Source of the DNA: Pelomyxa schiedti
Taxonomy: Eukaryota > Protista > Evosea
Assembly (NCBI GenBank): GCA_020536535.1
Contig: JAHLWZ010000876.1
Location: forward strand, 1-63,646
Reading direction: 5' to 3'
DNA length: 63,646 bases
The position numbers were made by a program, and so were the translations under genes. The first letter of the stretch is position 1. Each line of letters starts with the position of its first letter. The notes under the pieces were generated by a model. The model searched no databases. It saw only the letters and a list, made by a program, of their open reading frames with translations, and was not told where the DNA came from. This document shows positions 1 to 11,489 of this stretch, piece by piece.

Positions 1-1496
1 TTTTCACTCTTTCTGGATCCTAACAATCCTTTTGGCTTGACTTCAAACCTTGATTTCAATCCTCCTCTTCCTCAACCTCATACTCCCTCTTTTGCTGGGC
101 AAATGTCTCATACAGTTATGATCTCCAATGAGTTGTGTGTTTCGTTGATCCAGCAGTTCTGCACCACAACACTGACCACAGCAATCAGCTCTCCCAGAAA
201 CGGTCCTCTTACCAATGATTCGACACATTCAACAATTGGAAAGCCAAGCTCAAGCTTTGGCACAGTCACAGCCAAGAAGAAGGCCAGGAAGGCCAAGAGG
301 CTCAACTAATAGAAGTAGGTACATATCGAACGAACATTACATCTTTGCTTACACATTATGCAGACACCACCCCTGTGTCCACTCAGTTTGTCCCAACAAC
401 ATCTATTGGAAATTCTGGTGTTATCCCTGGTGTTTCTTCCCTCTTTGATGTGACTTCATGCACAAACTCGAATGTGAATTCTGGTGTTGCCACTTCCAAT
501 GCCACAGTTTCTGGGGCTATGACTGCATACACTGCAACTTCTGGAACTTCCGCTATGACATCATCCATTCTCACTCCTGGAGCTGTTACTTCCACTCTCA
601 CCTCATGTGCAGCAACTTCATGTGCAGCGCCAACAACAAGTACTCCATTAAATTTACAATGCAGACCTTCAAATTTAAACTATATTATAGATACAACCCT
701 CCCAAATGACAGTGCCACTACTTCCACCAGTACAGTTTAACTCATTCGTTTTTGATTCATTCCTAAGTTCATTGTAGTTGCCTCAATGACTCCTAGTTTC
801 CAACGAGGGACAGTCCAGAACTTCTTTAGAATTGATCTAACAGGTGAACCAGCCAATACACACTTAGATGATTCCATTGCAAGGTTGACATCAAGGAACA
901 ACACAATAATCTCATCACTTTACAGGAGCCAACGTGCACTTGAACTTCTAACAAATGCTCCAATTGAGAGGCCACATGCCATAAGTACAAACAGATTTGA
1001 TAAGATGCAATCATTTCAAAACTACCCCAGGGTAATAATCCTACATAATTTCCTTTTTTCTCTCTCATTCTTCAACAGTGGTTCTACAATGTGTATCACT
1101 TTGATATCGATTGGATGCAACAATGGATCTGTTCTGTTCCATGGCAACAATGGGGAGTACTCCTTCCAGATGCCAAGGTATGATGTTCACCATCGCTGCC
1201 ATGCAATTAAAAAGCACATTGTGGTGTCAGTAACACCTCCTCACTATGCTGTGGCATCTGGTTGTATTGGGTCCCTCCATGATGTTGAGGATCTGAAGGA
1301 CATGTGGGAACAAATTTACCCACCACTGGTTCTCTCCCAACATAACCTGAGTCCTACTCCCACCCATAAAAACTACCAGAAGCTCCTTTTTGGGGGGAAA
1401 GGGACTGGAGGCCCCCAGAATTGCCAGCCAAAAACGCAGTCCCTTCTGGAGGGCCTTCAGGGAGGGGAAAAGGGCTACTGTGCGGTCTGTCGTTAG
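1..1496 (+). CDS. Hypothetical multi-exon protein with an AT-hook and a Ser/Thr-rich region (5' end outside the window)
   Basis: ORF segments can be joined by short GT-AG introns (e.g. gtaataatcc...caacag near 1032-1078). AT-hook-like PRRRPGRPRGS at ~270-305. S/T-rich exon at 364-735. Stop at 1494-1496. Confidence 0.45.
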
Positions 1497-1666
1497 TTCC
1501 ATTGTGAAGGAAGGATAACTAAATCGCTTTCTTATTCACAGGGCGACATGCACTACTGATGCACGTCAATACAAGTGTGTTGGATGCTGGTACAATCAAC
1601 AGGCTTGGGTGGTGGGTTGCTGTTTCGGTATGTCTCCACTGGGGAGTATGCATGTGAGTGTGAGCC

Positions 1667-3570
1667 TCAAAGAGGTTGTGAGTGTGGTACTGATTGCAAG
1701 ACTGCAACTGGAACTAAGGTCGGGGCGACCCTGCCGAGAACAGAGTTGATCAGCCCCAGCAGGCTCTCTGAGGACCTGTCAGTGCCAACGACGTAGTACC
1801 TATCTGCCAGGTTGTTGCATGGGGTTCCTGTCCCCTTGCCTACAAATGGTATGCGCTCAAACAATGGAGTGGTCCCTGTCCACATGTGGGTGTCACCTGG
1901 GCGACAGTGTCCGATCATCATGTGGAACATAGACCTGTGGTTTGTTTTATTTTGTGTTAATTAGGGGACCCACTTGCAGGTGAGTGAGTGGTTCAGAGAA
2001 TCAGTCACATACGATTTTGTCATGAAGGACAGTGTCAGCAGGGAGGGCTCAACCTCGCTCAGCCTAAGTAACCACATCACAGCACACTTGTTGTAGTTGA
2101 GGCTGTTTTCCGCTGTGGGTGTGCAGGTGTTGCATTCCAAAGTGCTTTGCTGTCGAAGTCTGGACTCTGCCTCTGCCTTGGTGATGAACCCATGGAAGGG
2201 CAATGTTTTCCAGTTCCCAATTTCATCCTGGTTGTTTTGTGAGACTTCATAACCACAAGATATTACGAGGCCCATACAAGGTCTGGAGCAACCGTGTCAC
2301 CTTCTTCCATCTTCAAAAGGTGATGAAACAGTCCAAATAGTAGCCTTTTGGAAATGATTTGGTCTCCTGGTTGACTGCTGCTTTGACCATTGGGCACTGG
2401 ACATCGGTAAGTGATGGGCAAAAAAAAAACAGTGTAACAGGAAGTGCATACTCAGGAATGAAAGAAACGATAAGTCTTGATTAAACTGGACCCCAAACCA
2501 AGCCTCAACTGCCAGCATCTTAACGCCTTGTTCGATCACAACTGCGGGGTCTTGAGAAAAGGTGCTTGTCCACAGAGATAGTATCGACTTCATGAGGGAA
2601 GGGTTTGGGTGGTGAACGTCGCCAGTAGTGTGATAACTAAAGCTGAAGCTATCACGGATCATACATGATGTAGTAGGCAGCAGGGCACAGCTAGCTGTAA
2701 TTGTACTCTCCACATTTGACTGTGTAAGTGGGTCATGCAATTTCCTGAGGCTTGCACATTCACTTTGAGGCTTTCGTGCCTGTTCATGTGGTGGAACAAA
2801 TGAGGGACCAATTCCTGTGAAAACTGCCACAGCGTGCTGAACAACTCTGGGTGCAGGGACCATCAATGGGGGGATAACTCGTTCTTGCTCCTGTGTCAAT
2901 CCAGCCGTTACTGTTAGAGAAGAGATTTGTGTCAGGAGGGTCACAAAAAACTCAAGAAAGCAAACCGAGAACCCATTGTGTCTTCTGCCAGACTCCGGCA
3001 TTCAAAACATATGCTCTTAGGAGCATTTTGTGAGATGGATTATTGAGAGAATACGCCAAGTCCACAAATCTCACTTGAACAGAAAGAGCCGATGAAGCTT
3101 TTCAACTTTAAGGATTCCAAAGTGCAAATGCTTGAAGGGAAAAATATATACATACGTCTTTGTGTAAGCCAATATCCTCCATCCAATGCAAACCTGGGTT
3201 CAACTGGCGCAAAGTTCACAATGACAAGTTCATACTCCACATTCTGACAGTGAACGTAAAACGTGCAGGAGGTTGAGCTTGCCCCAAAGGCACCCTGAAT
3301 TTGGAACTTGTCCATAAGTGCCTGCAAATCTGCGTCGGTCCTAACAGCAACCAAGCACGGTGCAGTATGAGCCGCTGATGTGAAGTGGGTCGTTGCGTTA
3401 TGCATCACGATAGGGGGTGTCCAATTTGCTAGTGGCTGAGTGGCAGTAGTGCCTGAGAGTTGTTCTGCAAGCTGGGCATTGAAAAGTGCCAGAGGCCCAA
3501 GTCGTTCTCTATGAACACTATGTGGATTTAAAGGTGGAAGGAGAGTTTGTGCATATGTTGGGGTTTCCAT
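1667..3570 (-). CDS. SH2-domain protein (STAT-type SH2 near the C-terminus), multi-exon
   Basis: Exon 1961-2275 encodes FHGFITKAEAESRL...WLLRLSEVEPSLLTLSF, an SH2 alphaA plus betaB signature with the invariant Arg. Upstream exons lie in ORFs 2297-3001 and 3040-3570. Last exon ends at 1667. Confidence 0.6.
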
Positions 3571-3846
3571 TTGGTTTGTTTTCTTGTTTTTGTTTTTGGT
3601 TTCTGGTTTCTGGTTTCTGGTTTCTNNNNNNNNNNNNNNNNNNNNNNNNNNNNNNNNNNNNNNNNNNNNNNNNNNNNNNNNNNNNNNNNNNNNNNNNNNN
3701 NNNNNNNNNNNNNNNNNNNNNNNNNTTCTCTATGAACACTATGTGGATTTAAAGGTGGAAGGAGAGTTTGTGCATATGTTGGGGTTTCCATTTGGTTTGT
3801 TTTCTTGTTTTTGTTTTTGGTTTCTGGTTTCTGGTTTCTGGTTTCT
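3505..3846. other. 100-N scaffold gap with a duplicated 121-bp flank (assembly artefact) ending in a (TTTCTGG)n microsatellite
   Basis: 3505-3625 is identical to 3726-3846; Ns occupy 3626-3725. Confidence 0.9.
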
Positions 3847-4290
3847 TTTAAACTGTGGTTGCCACCTACTTGGCGCATGTTGTTCCAATTCGTTAGCAGA
3901 CAAAAGCCAACTTGTTTGTTTAAACAATTCATCGAAAAGTTCATGATCAATCGCCCTTTTTTTCTTTTTTGTCAAAGCCACAAAGACCTGATTTGCCCGA
4001 ACACAAACCACAAAGCCAAGGACATTGCCCTCAGAGTAAATTTAATTTGGGCACGACATTATTCTTAGAATGAGCAACTCCCGAGAGTGGACTGTTTCTC
4101 ACTGCAAGCAGAAGTAGGTCGACAAAGGAAGGAAGGAATCTCTTCTCAGTCATGCAATCCTTTCTGGCGACCAGGTTTTACTTTCAGCAGTTAGTATTAG
4201 TGCCACCGAGGTACCAACTTGTTCCTTGCAGACTAAAAGAAAAACACAAAAAGTTACACCAACTTGAGGTTTTTTGGTAGGTAAGCCAAG

Positions 4291-6118
4291 TTACATCAAG
4301 TTGCAATCCCACCAACTTTTTTTGGGTACCGTCGCTGAGAGATGCACGACTTGCGATTCAGGAACCTCTACAGATTCGGTCTCCATTCCAGAGTCGCTGT
4401 CGGTCTCATGGTCCATCTGTGCAACAGACTTGACTGCATTGAGTGCCGGAGGTGCTGTGCTGAGGGCCGGGATGCTTTCATCATACAAGTCAAACCACGG
4501 CATACCGGCTTGTGTGTATTTCTTGGCTGTTACTTGGCTCTCTGGCATATCGCGGCCGGTGAGATTCCTCCACATCGCGCTGTTCGCGACGTAGACAACA
4601 AACTTCATGCAAGATCCTTGGAACCATGCATCGGGGCCGTCAGTATCTTCATATATCTTCTGCTTCATCTTGCCACCTGCTGCAAACCCCATCGCCTTCA
4701 TTGCTTCTGGGTCACCTCCTCCACGCAGCCGCAGAACAAGATGAATGGTCATATCAGGGCCAAGATTATAGTCCTCGAGTGTCTTGTCATCTTCTAGCTG
4801 CTTTCCACCATATAAAAGCCTCTGTTGGTCTGGGGGAATTCCTTCACAGTCTTGAATGAGTTGCTTGACTTGTTCAATTGTGCTGCTTGACTCTACTGTA
4901 ACTTCAAATTGTTTTGCAGTAAGTGTTCTAATTTTAATCTCAAACTCTGCAGTCCCAGAACAGCTTCAATAGGGTTAGTACAAAATACAGAAGAATGGGG
5001 GAGTGCCTGAAAGTGACACGGTTTCCTGTTTTTGGTACAATATCTGCTAGACGGGCCGGGCGTGTACGTTCAAACTCTCGGGATTTGAGACACACAAGGT
5101 CACCTTCCTGAAGGCCAAGCTCCCTTGGTGTTTTGGTGATGTCCAAGCGAACCCTTGAATCGGCTTCAGGCTTTCCAATGGCAAAGGCCTCGAAATGCCT
5201 CAGCATTTTCGGATACACTCTGATTTCCAATCCCCCGACTTCTTCCTTTCCCGTGAGCTGACCCTCGACGGTGTATCCTGATCCCAGTGGCATTGCAACG
5301 AACTGCCTGATCACGTCTGGACTGACATGTATTCCATCCAACCACGGCTGTTGAGGGCACACCATGTAATCCTGCTCTCCTTTTTCAGCAAGCCGACCAG
5401 TGCCATTCCCGCCAGTCACGGCATTGACACCACCGATGCAAATTTTCACTGCTGCGGATCGTGAACTGTTGAATGACATCCACATTGCCTCGCACTGCCT
5501 CATTGGCATCACACAGGATGCACGAGTGCCGTCCTTGGTCCAACTGCCTGGAACGTTGTGGCAGGATTCCAGAGGTTCGAGAGGAAACTTGCCAAGACCA
5601 GGAGGGAGAGGGTAGTCCTTGCCATCATCCGGAATTCTCAGTGTCTTGTTGAAACTCACAGACATTATATTGCCAAATTTGATCTCCTGGCCATGATGAA
5701 GCTTGGCAGTGGATCCATCATACAGCCACAAATTGAACGCTTGAATTAAACTGGCATCGGAGCTCAAAACGGGGCCTTCACTCGTAGCTTGGGATGTCGT
5801 AGTTGAGGTTGTTGTGTTCGACACCGCAGCGGGATCATCGGAGAGTGGTGCCGTGTTCGCACACGAGACTCGGAATGTTTTGGTGTCCTCGGTTATGGAC
5901 CTTGGAAGCCTTTTTCCATTATACAACAAGCCCGGTTTACGTGTCGTCCTGAAAAAAAACCGTGAGTTGGAAGCGAAAAACGGCGAGCACTAAAACACGA
6001 ACGAAGATTGCAGTTAGGGCACTCACGACAGCTGCTTCTGAGCCAACAACAAGAAATCATCTACAGTTGTTTCGCGTGTTGTCGCAATCTCGGCATCCCC
6101 AACAACAACCGTCAACAT
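4291..6118 (-). CDS. Conserved uncharacterised protein ([16 protein letters not shown] family) with an internal 76-aa ubiquitin-like domain
   Basis: Motifs [77 protein letters not shown] and [14 protein letters not shown]. Ubl at 4717-4944 reads [11 protein letters not shown]...[27 protein letters not shown]...[12 protein letters not shown] at 6118; two introns (~6027-5950 and 5006-4964). Confidence 0.85.
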
Positions 6119-6525
6119 TTTTATTGTTGCTTTGTTATGTTTTTAATTAAGAATCTGCCATCTGTACTCAGAAAGGGTCCATGCTCTGGAACCAACCCTT
6201 CAGAACTGAGAAGACCAGCAATTGCCCAAGTTCTCTCCCTTCTAGACTTCGTTCGAAGATGAAAACAAAACCTCTTCAAATCTGGTGAGCCAGCATCCTG
6301 ACAGATGTTGTTGCAACCTGTCCGGACTGCAGACCGAAAAAGAGGAAGCATCTGAACGGCTTGGTGGTGTGACAGGTCAGCACCACACACAGTTAGACAG
6401 CCTAGTCAAGAAGAGGATCATCCGCGGGAAAAGCACAAGCTTTGGAAATCTCAGCTCCTCTAGGCCTGGACAGGAAACTCTTTTCAACATAGGATCAAGA
6501 AAAAACAAACATGTCCTTGCTTTTA

Positions 6526-9500
6526 CTATGATTTCTCTGTTTTCGGCACCTGTTGAATGGTCTCTATTGCGGCAGATTGAGGCTGATTTGTGTCTATTTG
6601 AGGAGTTGGAGGAGTTACGTCCGTTTTCTCCACTTTCTCTGTTGGTTGTGTACCAGCAGGTTCTGCTTTTGTCTCTGTTTGTGGCTGTGGCTGTGTCTGT
6701 GTGTCTGGCTGTGGTTGGGGTTGTGGCTGTGACTCCGGCTGTGTTTGTGGTTGAGATTCGGGTTGAGATTGCGGGTCTGTTGGGGGGTTGGCGGCCAGGG
6801 CACCACGTCCCCGGCCTGGCCTGCGGCCCAGCGGTTGTTTGATTGGTGTGGCTGGTGTTGAGCCGTCGGGGGAGTCGGTCGAGGGTTCACTCGATGAGCC
6901 TGCTGCGTGGCGCTTTTGTGTGAGTTCCTCCTGTGTGTTTGGGTGGGTGTTGGAGGTGAGTTGTTTCTTCAGTTTTAAATGGCTCCCCATTCATTGTCAA
7001 TAAGAGAGAAAGATGGCAAAAGAGCGAGGAGAGAGTGGGAAAACAAACCCTCTTCTTTTTCTCTGCAGTTCTTCGGGCGTTTGCTTCCTCTTTTTCCTTT
7101 TCCTGAACGAGTTCGGCGTGGGTTTTCTGAGGATGAGTGAGAACACTGAAGGACCCTCTGCATTTAATTGGGTTGGCTTACATCGATGCCTGTCATAAAC
7201 CTCGTAAAAATGGAAAAAAACTCTTCAGGTTGCATCACTTTCGGGTCTTCACCATATGTGCCCAGTATTTTTTCATACATAACATTGGCTTGGGTGTATT
7301 TCTCTTCTACTTCTGTAATTTCCTGAAGTGCACTGGCTAAAAATGGCTGCAGTTGGTCAGAATATTTGCCTTCAAATACGAGAAATACCGTGATTTTCCC
7401 CAGAAACACGGAATTAAAGTGTTGATCCGGGGTATTTTCGTCTACGATTAACTTAAGTTCTGATTCAAGAGTCTGAATTTCTTTTCTCAATAATCCAACC
7501 TCACTTCTTACCACGGAAAAGGCAACTACGAGAATATAAGAGTGAAATAAACCAAATACTGGATATACTTTTCCCCTTCAAAAAAACCTTTGGATGCGTC
7601 AAAGACAGATTTGAGACTGTTCTTAATATTCAACAAGTCAGGGTGGTGATCAACAACAAGTTTAACAAAGTAGTGTAACAGCGTGCTTTTGCTGTCTGCA
7701 GACCTCACCTCACTAAGCTAAAAGGTAGGTGGTTAAGAATGTTGGAGAAAACGTGTCTTCATGTGTAGTCACCTTCCCCAAGGCATCTATCTTGAATCCA
7801 CAAGCACTTCCTCGGAAAGTCCCACAGTTTATAAAGTTTCCAAGTGCCAAAGTAATCTTGTTGTATATCAGAGAGTTGGTTGATTTAAGGAAATATATAC
7901 AAGAAGTAATTTTGGAAGCTCTGGGCAAGAGGTAAGGTCATTAATTGCTGTGATGACTTGATCAGCCCCCTGAAATTGTCATGCAGGTATTGATAACTCA
8001 AGGTTTTTTACATACAGGTGCTAGTTCTGCACATTTTGCTGGAAATCGCAGTTTGGCAATGAAAGAACGAAGTCGGATGTCAAGATGTGGAATTTTATGA
8101 ACCTACATTTAAAACAGTACTCACTCAATGCTTTGAGAATATGTACCAACAAAAAGTATTGGTCTGGCTTGGACAAGTGAATCAATTTTCCTTTTTTCAA
8201 GTAGTCATTTATACTTGTCATCTATGCACACTATGAGATGAAGTTGAAGGAAGAGCTATCATCGTAACTTCCTCATCTGTTGGTATGCCTGACCCATGCA
8301 ATACTCGCAAAATAGGCTCATTAAACATTTCTTCATTCAATTTAAGCAATTCGTCACGAAGCTCTTCCAAGCTGCACTTGAACTTAGCAAAAAGTATACC
8401 CAGGTTTTGTTGTTTCTTTCCATCAACAAAGGAAAGGGAACCTGGCTTTGGCTCACCATCACTCCCTGTAATGCATAAGGGGATACTTTACTGTTGCATA
8501 TTTCAACCTGGAGGTTTTTCTGTGTTTTTAGTTGGCGGAGGTGCTGCTGCAAACATGGCCTCAATTTCTTTGAAATCAACATGCAATTCCGCTTCAGTGA
8601 TAGGTTTGGTCATTAATGTTTTCCAAACTGGAGGTAAAATAGCAGGCATGATTTTCGACCAGTTAAGCCCTTTCATTTTCACAGAGGGCTTGACATCAGG
8701 TACTAAAATTAGAGCAGTTTAGTAGAAAAATTGGAGAATTGCATCATGCCTGGAGGTTTTACTGCAGCCTGTGCTCCTCGGCCTCGGCCGAATGGGGGAG
8801 GCGGACCCCCACAACCTGGTGGCGGAGGTGGTGGAGGTGGCCCCCCGCCTGGTGGTGGCGGCGGCGGTGGAGGCGGCGGCGGGCCCCCTCCCGGAGGAGG
8901 AGGCGGTGGTGGTGGGGGTGGAGGACCATCCCCTTCTGATGGCGCTATACTGTCACCTGGAGGTGGTGGTGGTGGTGCAAAGCGCCCTTTGCCCATGGGT
9001 GGAGGTGGCGGCGGGGGTGGGGGAGGAGGAGGAGGCGGGGGTCCGTCTCCCTGTGGAGGTGACGGAATAGCACTAGGAGGCTCAGAAACTACCGCTTTAG
9101 CAAATCTATTGACTGGGGGGGGAGGGGGTGGGGGAGGTGGCGGAATGCCCCCTTCCCCATAATTCGGCGCAGGACTTTCTGGTTGTGGGACTCCCACGGG
9201 TTCATTTGTGTTCAGTGCAGAAGTATCTAGGGAATTATTAATAAAAATCCCAAGAATAAAGAAGGAGACCTTGTGTGATAAGGGAGGAAGATTTCAAGCG
9301 GGTATCTACAGGTACAAAACTTTGTTCAGTGGTACTACTGGGATGGTAATGCTGCTGGGTTGGAGTTGGAGGAAGTGGTAAGTTCAAAGATGGTGACATA
9401 GCAAGAGGTGGTGGCGATGAAGGGAGATCAGGGAAACATTGTGACCGGGGTCCCTAAAGCTGTAAGCAAAGAAAATGACACTGAATTTACCTGTTTAGCC

Positions 9501-11416
9501 TTGAGCTTGTCTTTGATGATTTTATTTCTCAGAGCTTGGTTTTCTTTGACCAACTACAGGGAGTTAAAGTGAAGAAAACACCAAATAGGCTATACCGTAG
9601 TGCGACTAGATGTGAGAGTGTCCACATTATGTTGCAATTCAGCAACTTGCATTTGCAGGGCACGTTCTGACACTGACGGCTCTCCACTCCGTAACGTTAC
9701 AATCTCTTTCAAATCAAGTTTATCTTCTTATATTTAGGAAACTATGCTGTAATAAAAATAGATCACCTTCATTTATTCCCACAAGTTGCTTTCGCAGTAC
9801 AACCTGAAGCATCAACCTCTCCATGATGAGCCAGGCCTCCATACTATGTACTAAAGTAAGGGAAACAAAATAAAACCATAACCAGTACCCACTGTCACTG
9901 TCTGGTGGGACAGTAAAGAGCAGGTAACTCAAAATTGTGCATAGAGATTGTTTGGCTGATGGTGCGTTGTCACCAATGAGTCGCAGTAACGTAGAGTAAA
10001 GGGAATTTGTATCCCTGTTTAAGAAGTTACTAATATTTTTGTTTAGTTCCATAAGTAGTACCTTACATCAACGTTGAGGACTGCTAGGCGTTCTTCTAAT
10101 TCTTCATTGTCCTGTCTTTTAGTTTCCTCCCAGACATCAACTTGAGTGAGGATCTCCTGAGATCCCGTGTTTTCTGCCCATGTGATTTTCTCTTTTAATA
10201 ACTGTTTTTGTATGTGAAAGTAGAGTAATGATTGGATAGCTAGCTACTTTGAATACATCGAGGAGACCACTTTTCTCAACTTCACTTCGAAGAGAAATTC
10301 TCAAGTCCAGATCTGCTGGAGAATTCACAAGTGCGTTAAAAAATTCAAGGCAATTTTTCTAGAAAATTGGTTAAATTGGTTAAATTCGTGAGAATGAAGA
10401 AATACTGTAAATTCTGCATTGTGGGATTGGGAGACTGCAGAAACAAGAAAAGAGAATCTCGTTTGCTCCGTACTTTGCTTCCGCGCTGTCACAGCACGCA
10501 ATACTTCCCTGAGGAAAGTTGTTGATACTTCAAGAGACGAAAAAGGAATTCGTACAGGTGACAGGTGTCAGATTGGAGTGCTATTGAAGTTGCAATAAAC
10601 AAGAAAGATGAAGCTGTTTCTATGGATAACTTTGGGGAATCTAACATAGAAACAAGCTGTGATACAATAGGTAGAACAAGGCTGGCTTGGGACTAACACA
10701 AAGGTGGGAACCCAAATAAAGAGTGATGCCCTTACTTTTAGTGCAGCAATGTCTTGCAATAATCTAGCAGCTTCCATTACCAATTTCTGCACAGCTCTGG
10801 ATTCGAGGGCACTGAAAAAGACGTTATTGAATTAGGGAGGCGGTGGCAGAATGCCTTGATGTAGTTTCCCCACTGTGTGTTGTAATGATATCCAGTAGAA
10901 GAGGAAAACCCTCATTTTCAGCAAAGCACTTGAACCAGCTGCCCCAGGTCAAAATTCGACCAATAAAAACACGAAAAAAGAACAAGAGAAAGAGGGAGCA
11001 TGGGGCATTACATATCAGACAGTTTACTGAAGTTCTGCCTTACTAGGGCTATCTCAGCAGAAGAAGGAGTGTGTTTGAGCCTATTTACAAAGAGAAGTGC
11101 ACTCCCACACAATAGTGCCACTGACGGCGACCGTTCCTGAGAAAACCAAAACCCAAAACCAATTAGCAAGAACCACGCAGGCAACTGACGTCATCGGAGT
11201 ACATACTGATGCCCTCGACACTGTAGGCGCCGTGGGAGCCGTTGGTGGTTGGGCGGACCTCTTCACAACCGCCAACAACGGCATTATGGGTGCTGCTCGC
11301 CTTGGCTACTGTGGGGGCTCACAGCAACCAATTAAAATTGTTTCAAGTTTCGTTGCATGTCTGTTTCTACGAAAAACTGTTTGATCAAAGACACAAGAAA
11401 CTGAGAAACGTTTCAT
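6526..11416 (-). CDS. Formin (GBD/FH3, poly-Pro FH1, FH2), many introns; start approximate
   Basis: Poly-proline FH1 at ~8780-9150. FH2 motifs LALGNFINCGTFRGSACGFKIDAL, STLLHYFVKLV and YGEDPKVMQPEEFFSIF. GBD-like WFKCFAENEGFPLLLDI at ~10890-10940. Confidence 0.9.
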
Positions 11417-11489
11417 TTCTTTCGGGCACTTTTGGCGTGTCAGCTTCCTTGTAGCCACAACGAAAATAACATAGTGGTGCACTAGGCCA

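Noticed and set aside
3505-3846. Apparent 121-bp direct repeat / duplicated gene start
   Set aside because: The copies are identical and flank a 100-N gap, so this is most likely an unmerged contig overlap.
8731-9162. Gly-rich ORFs on the + strand
   Set aside because: They are antisense to the formin FH1 poly-proline tract.
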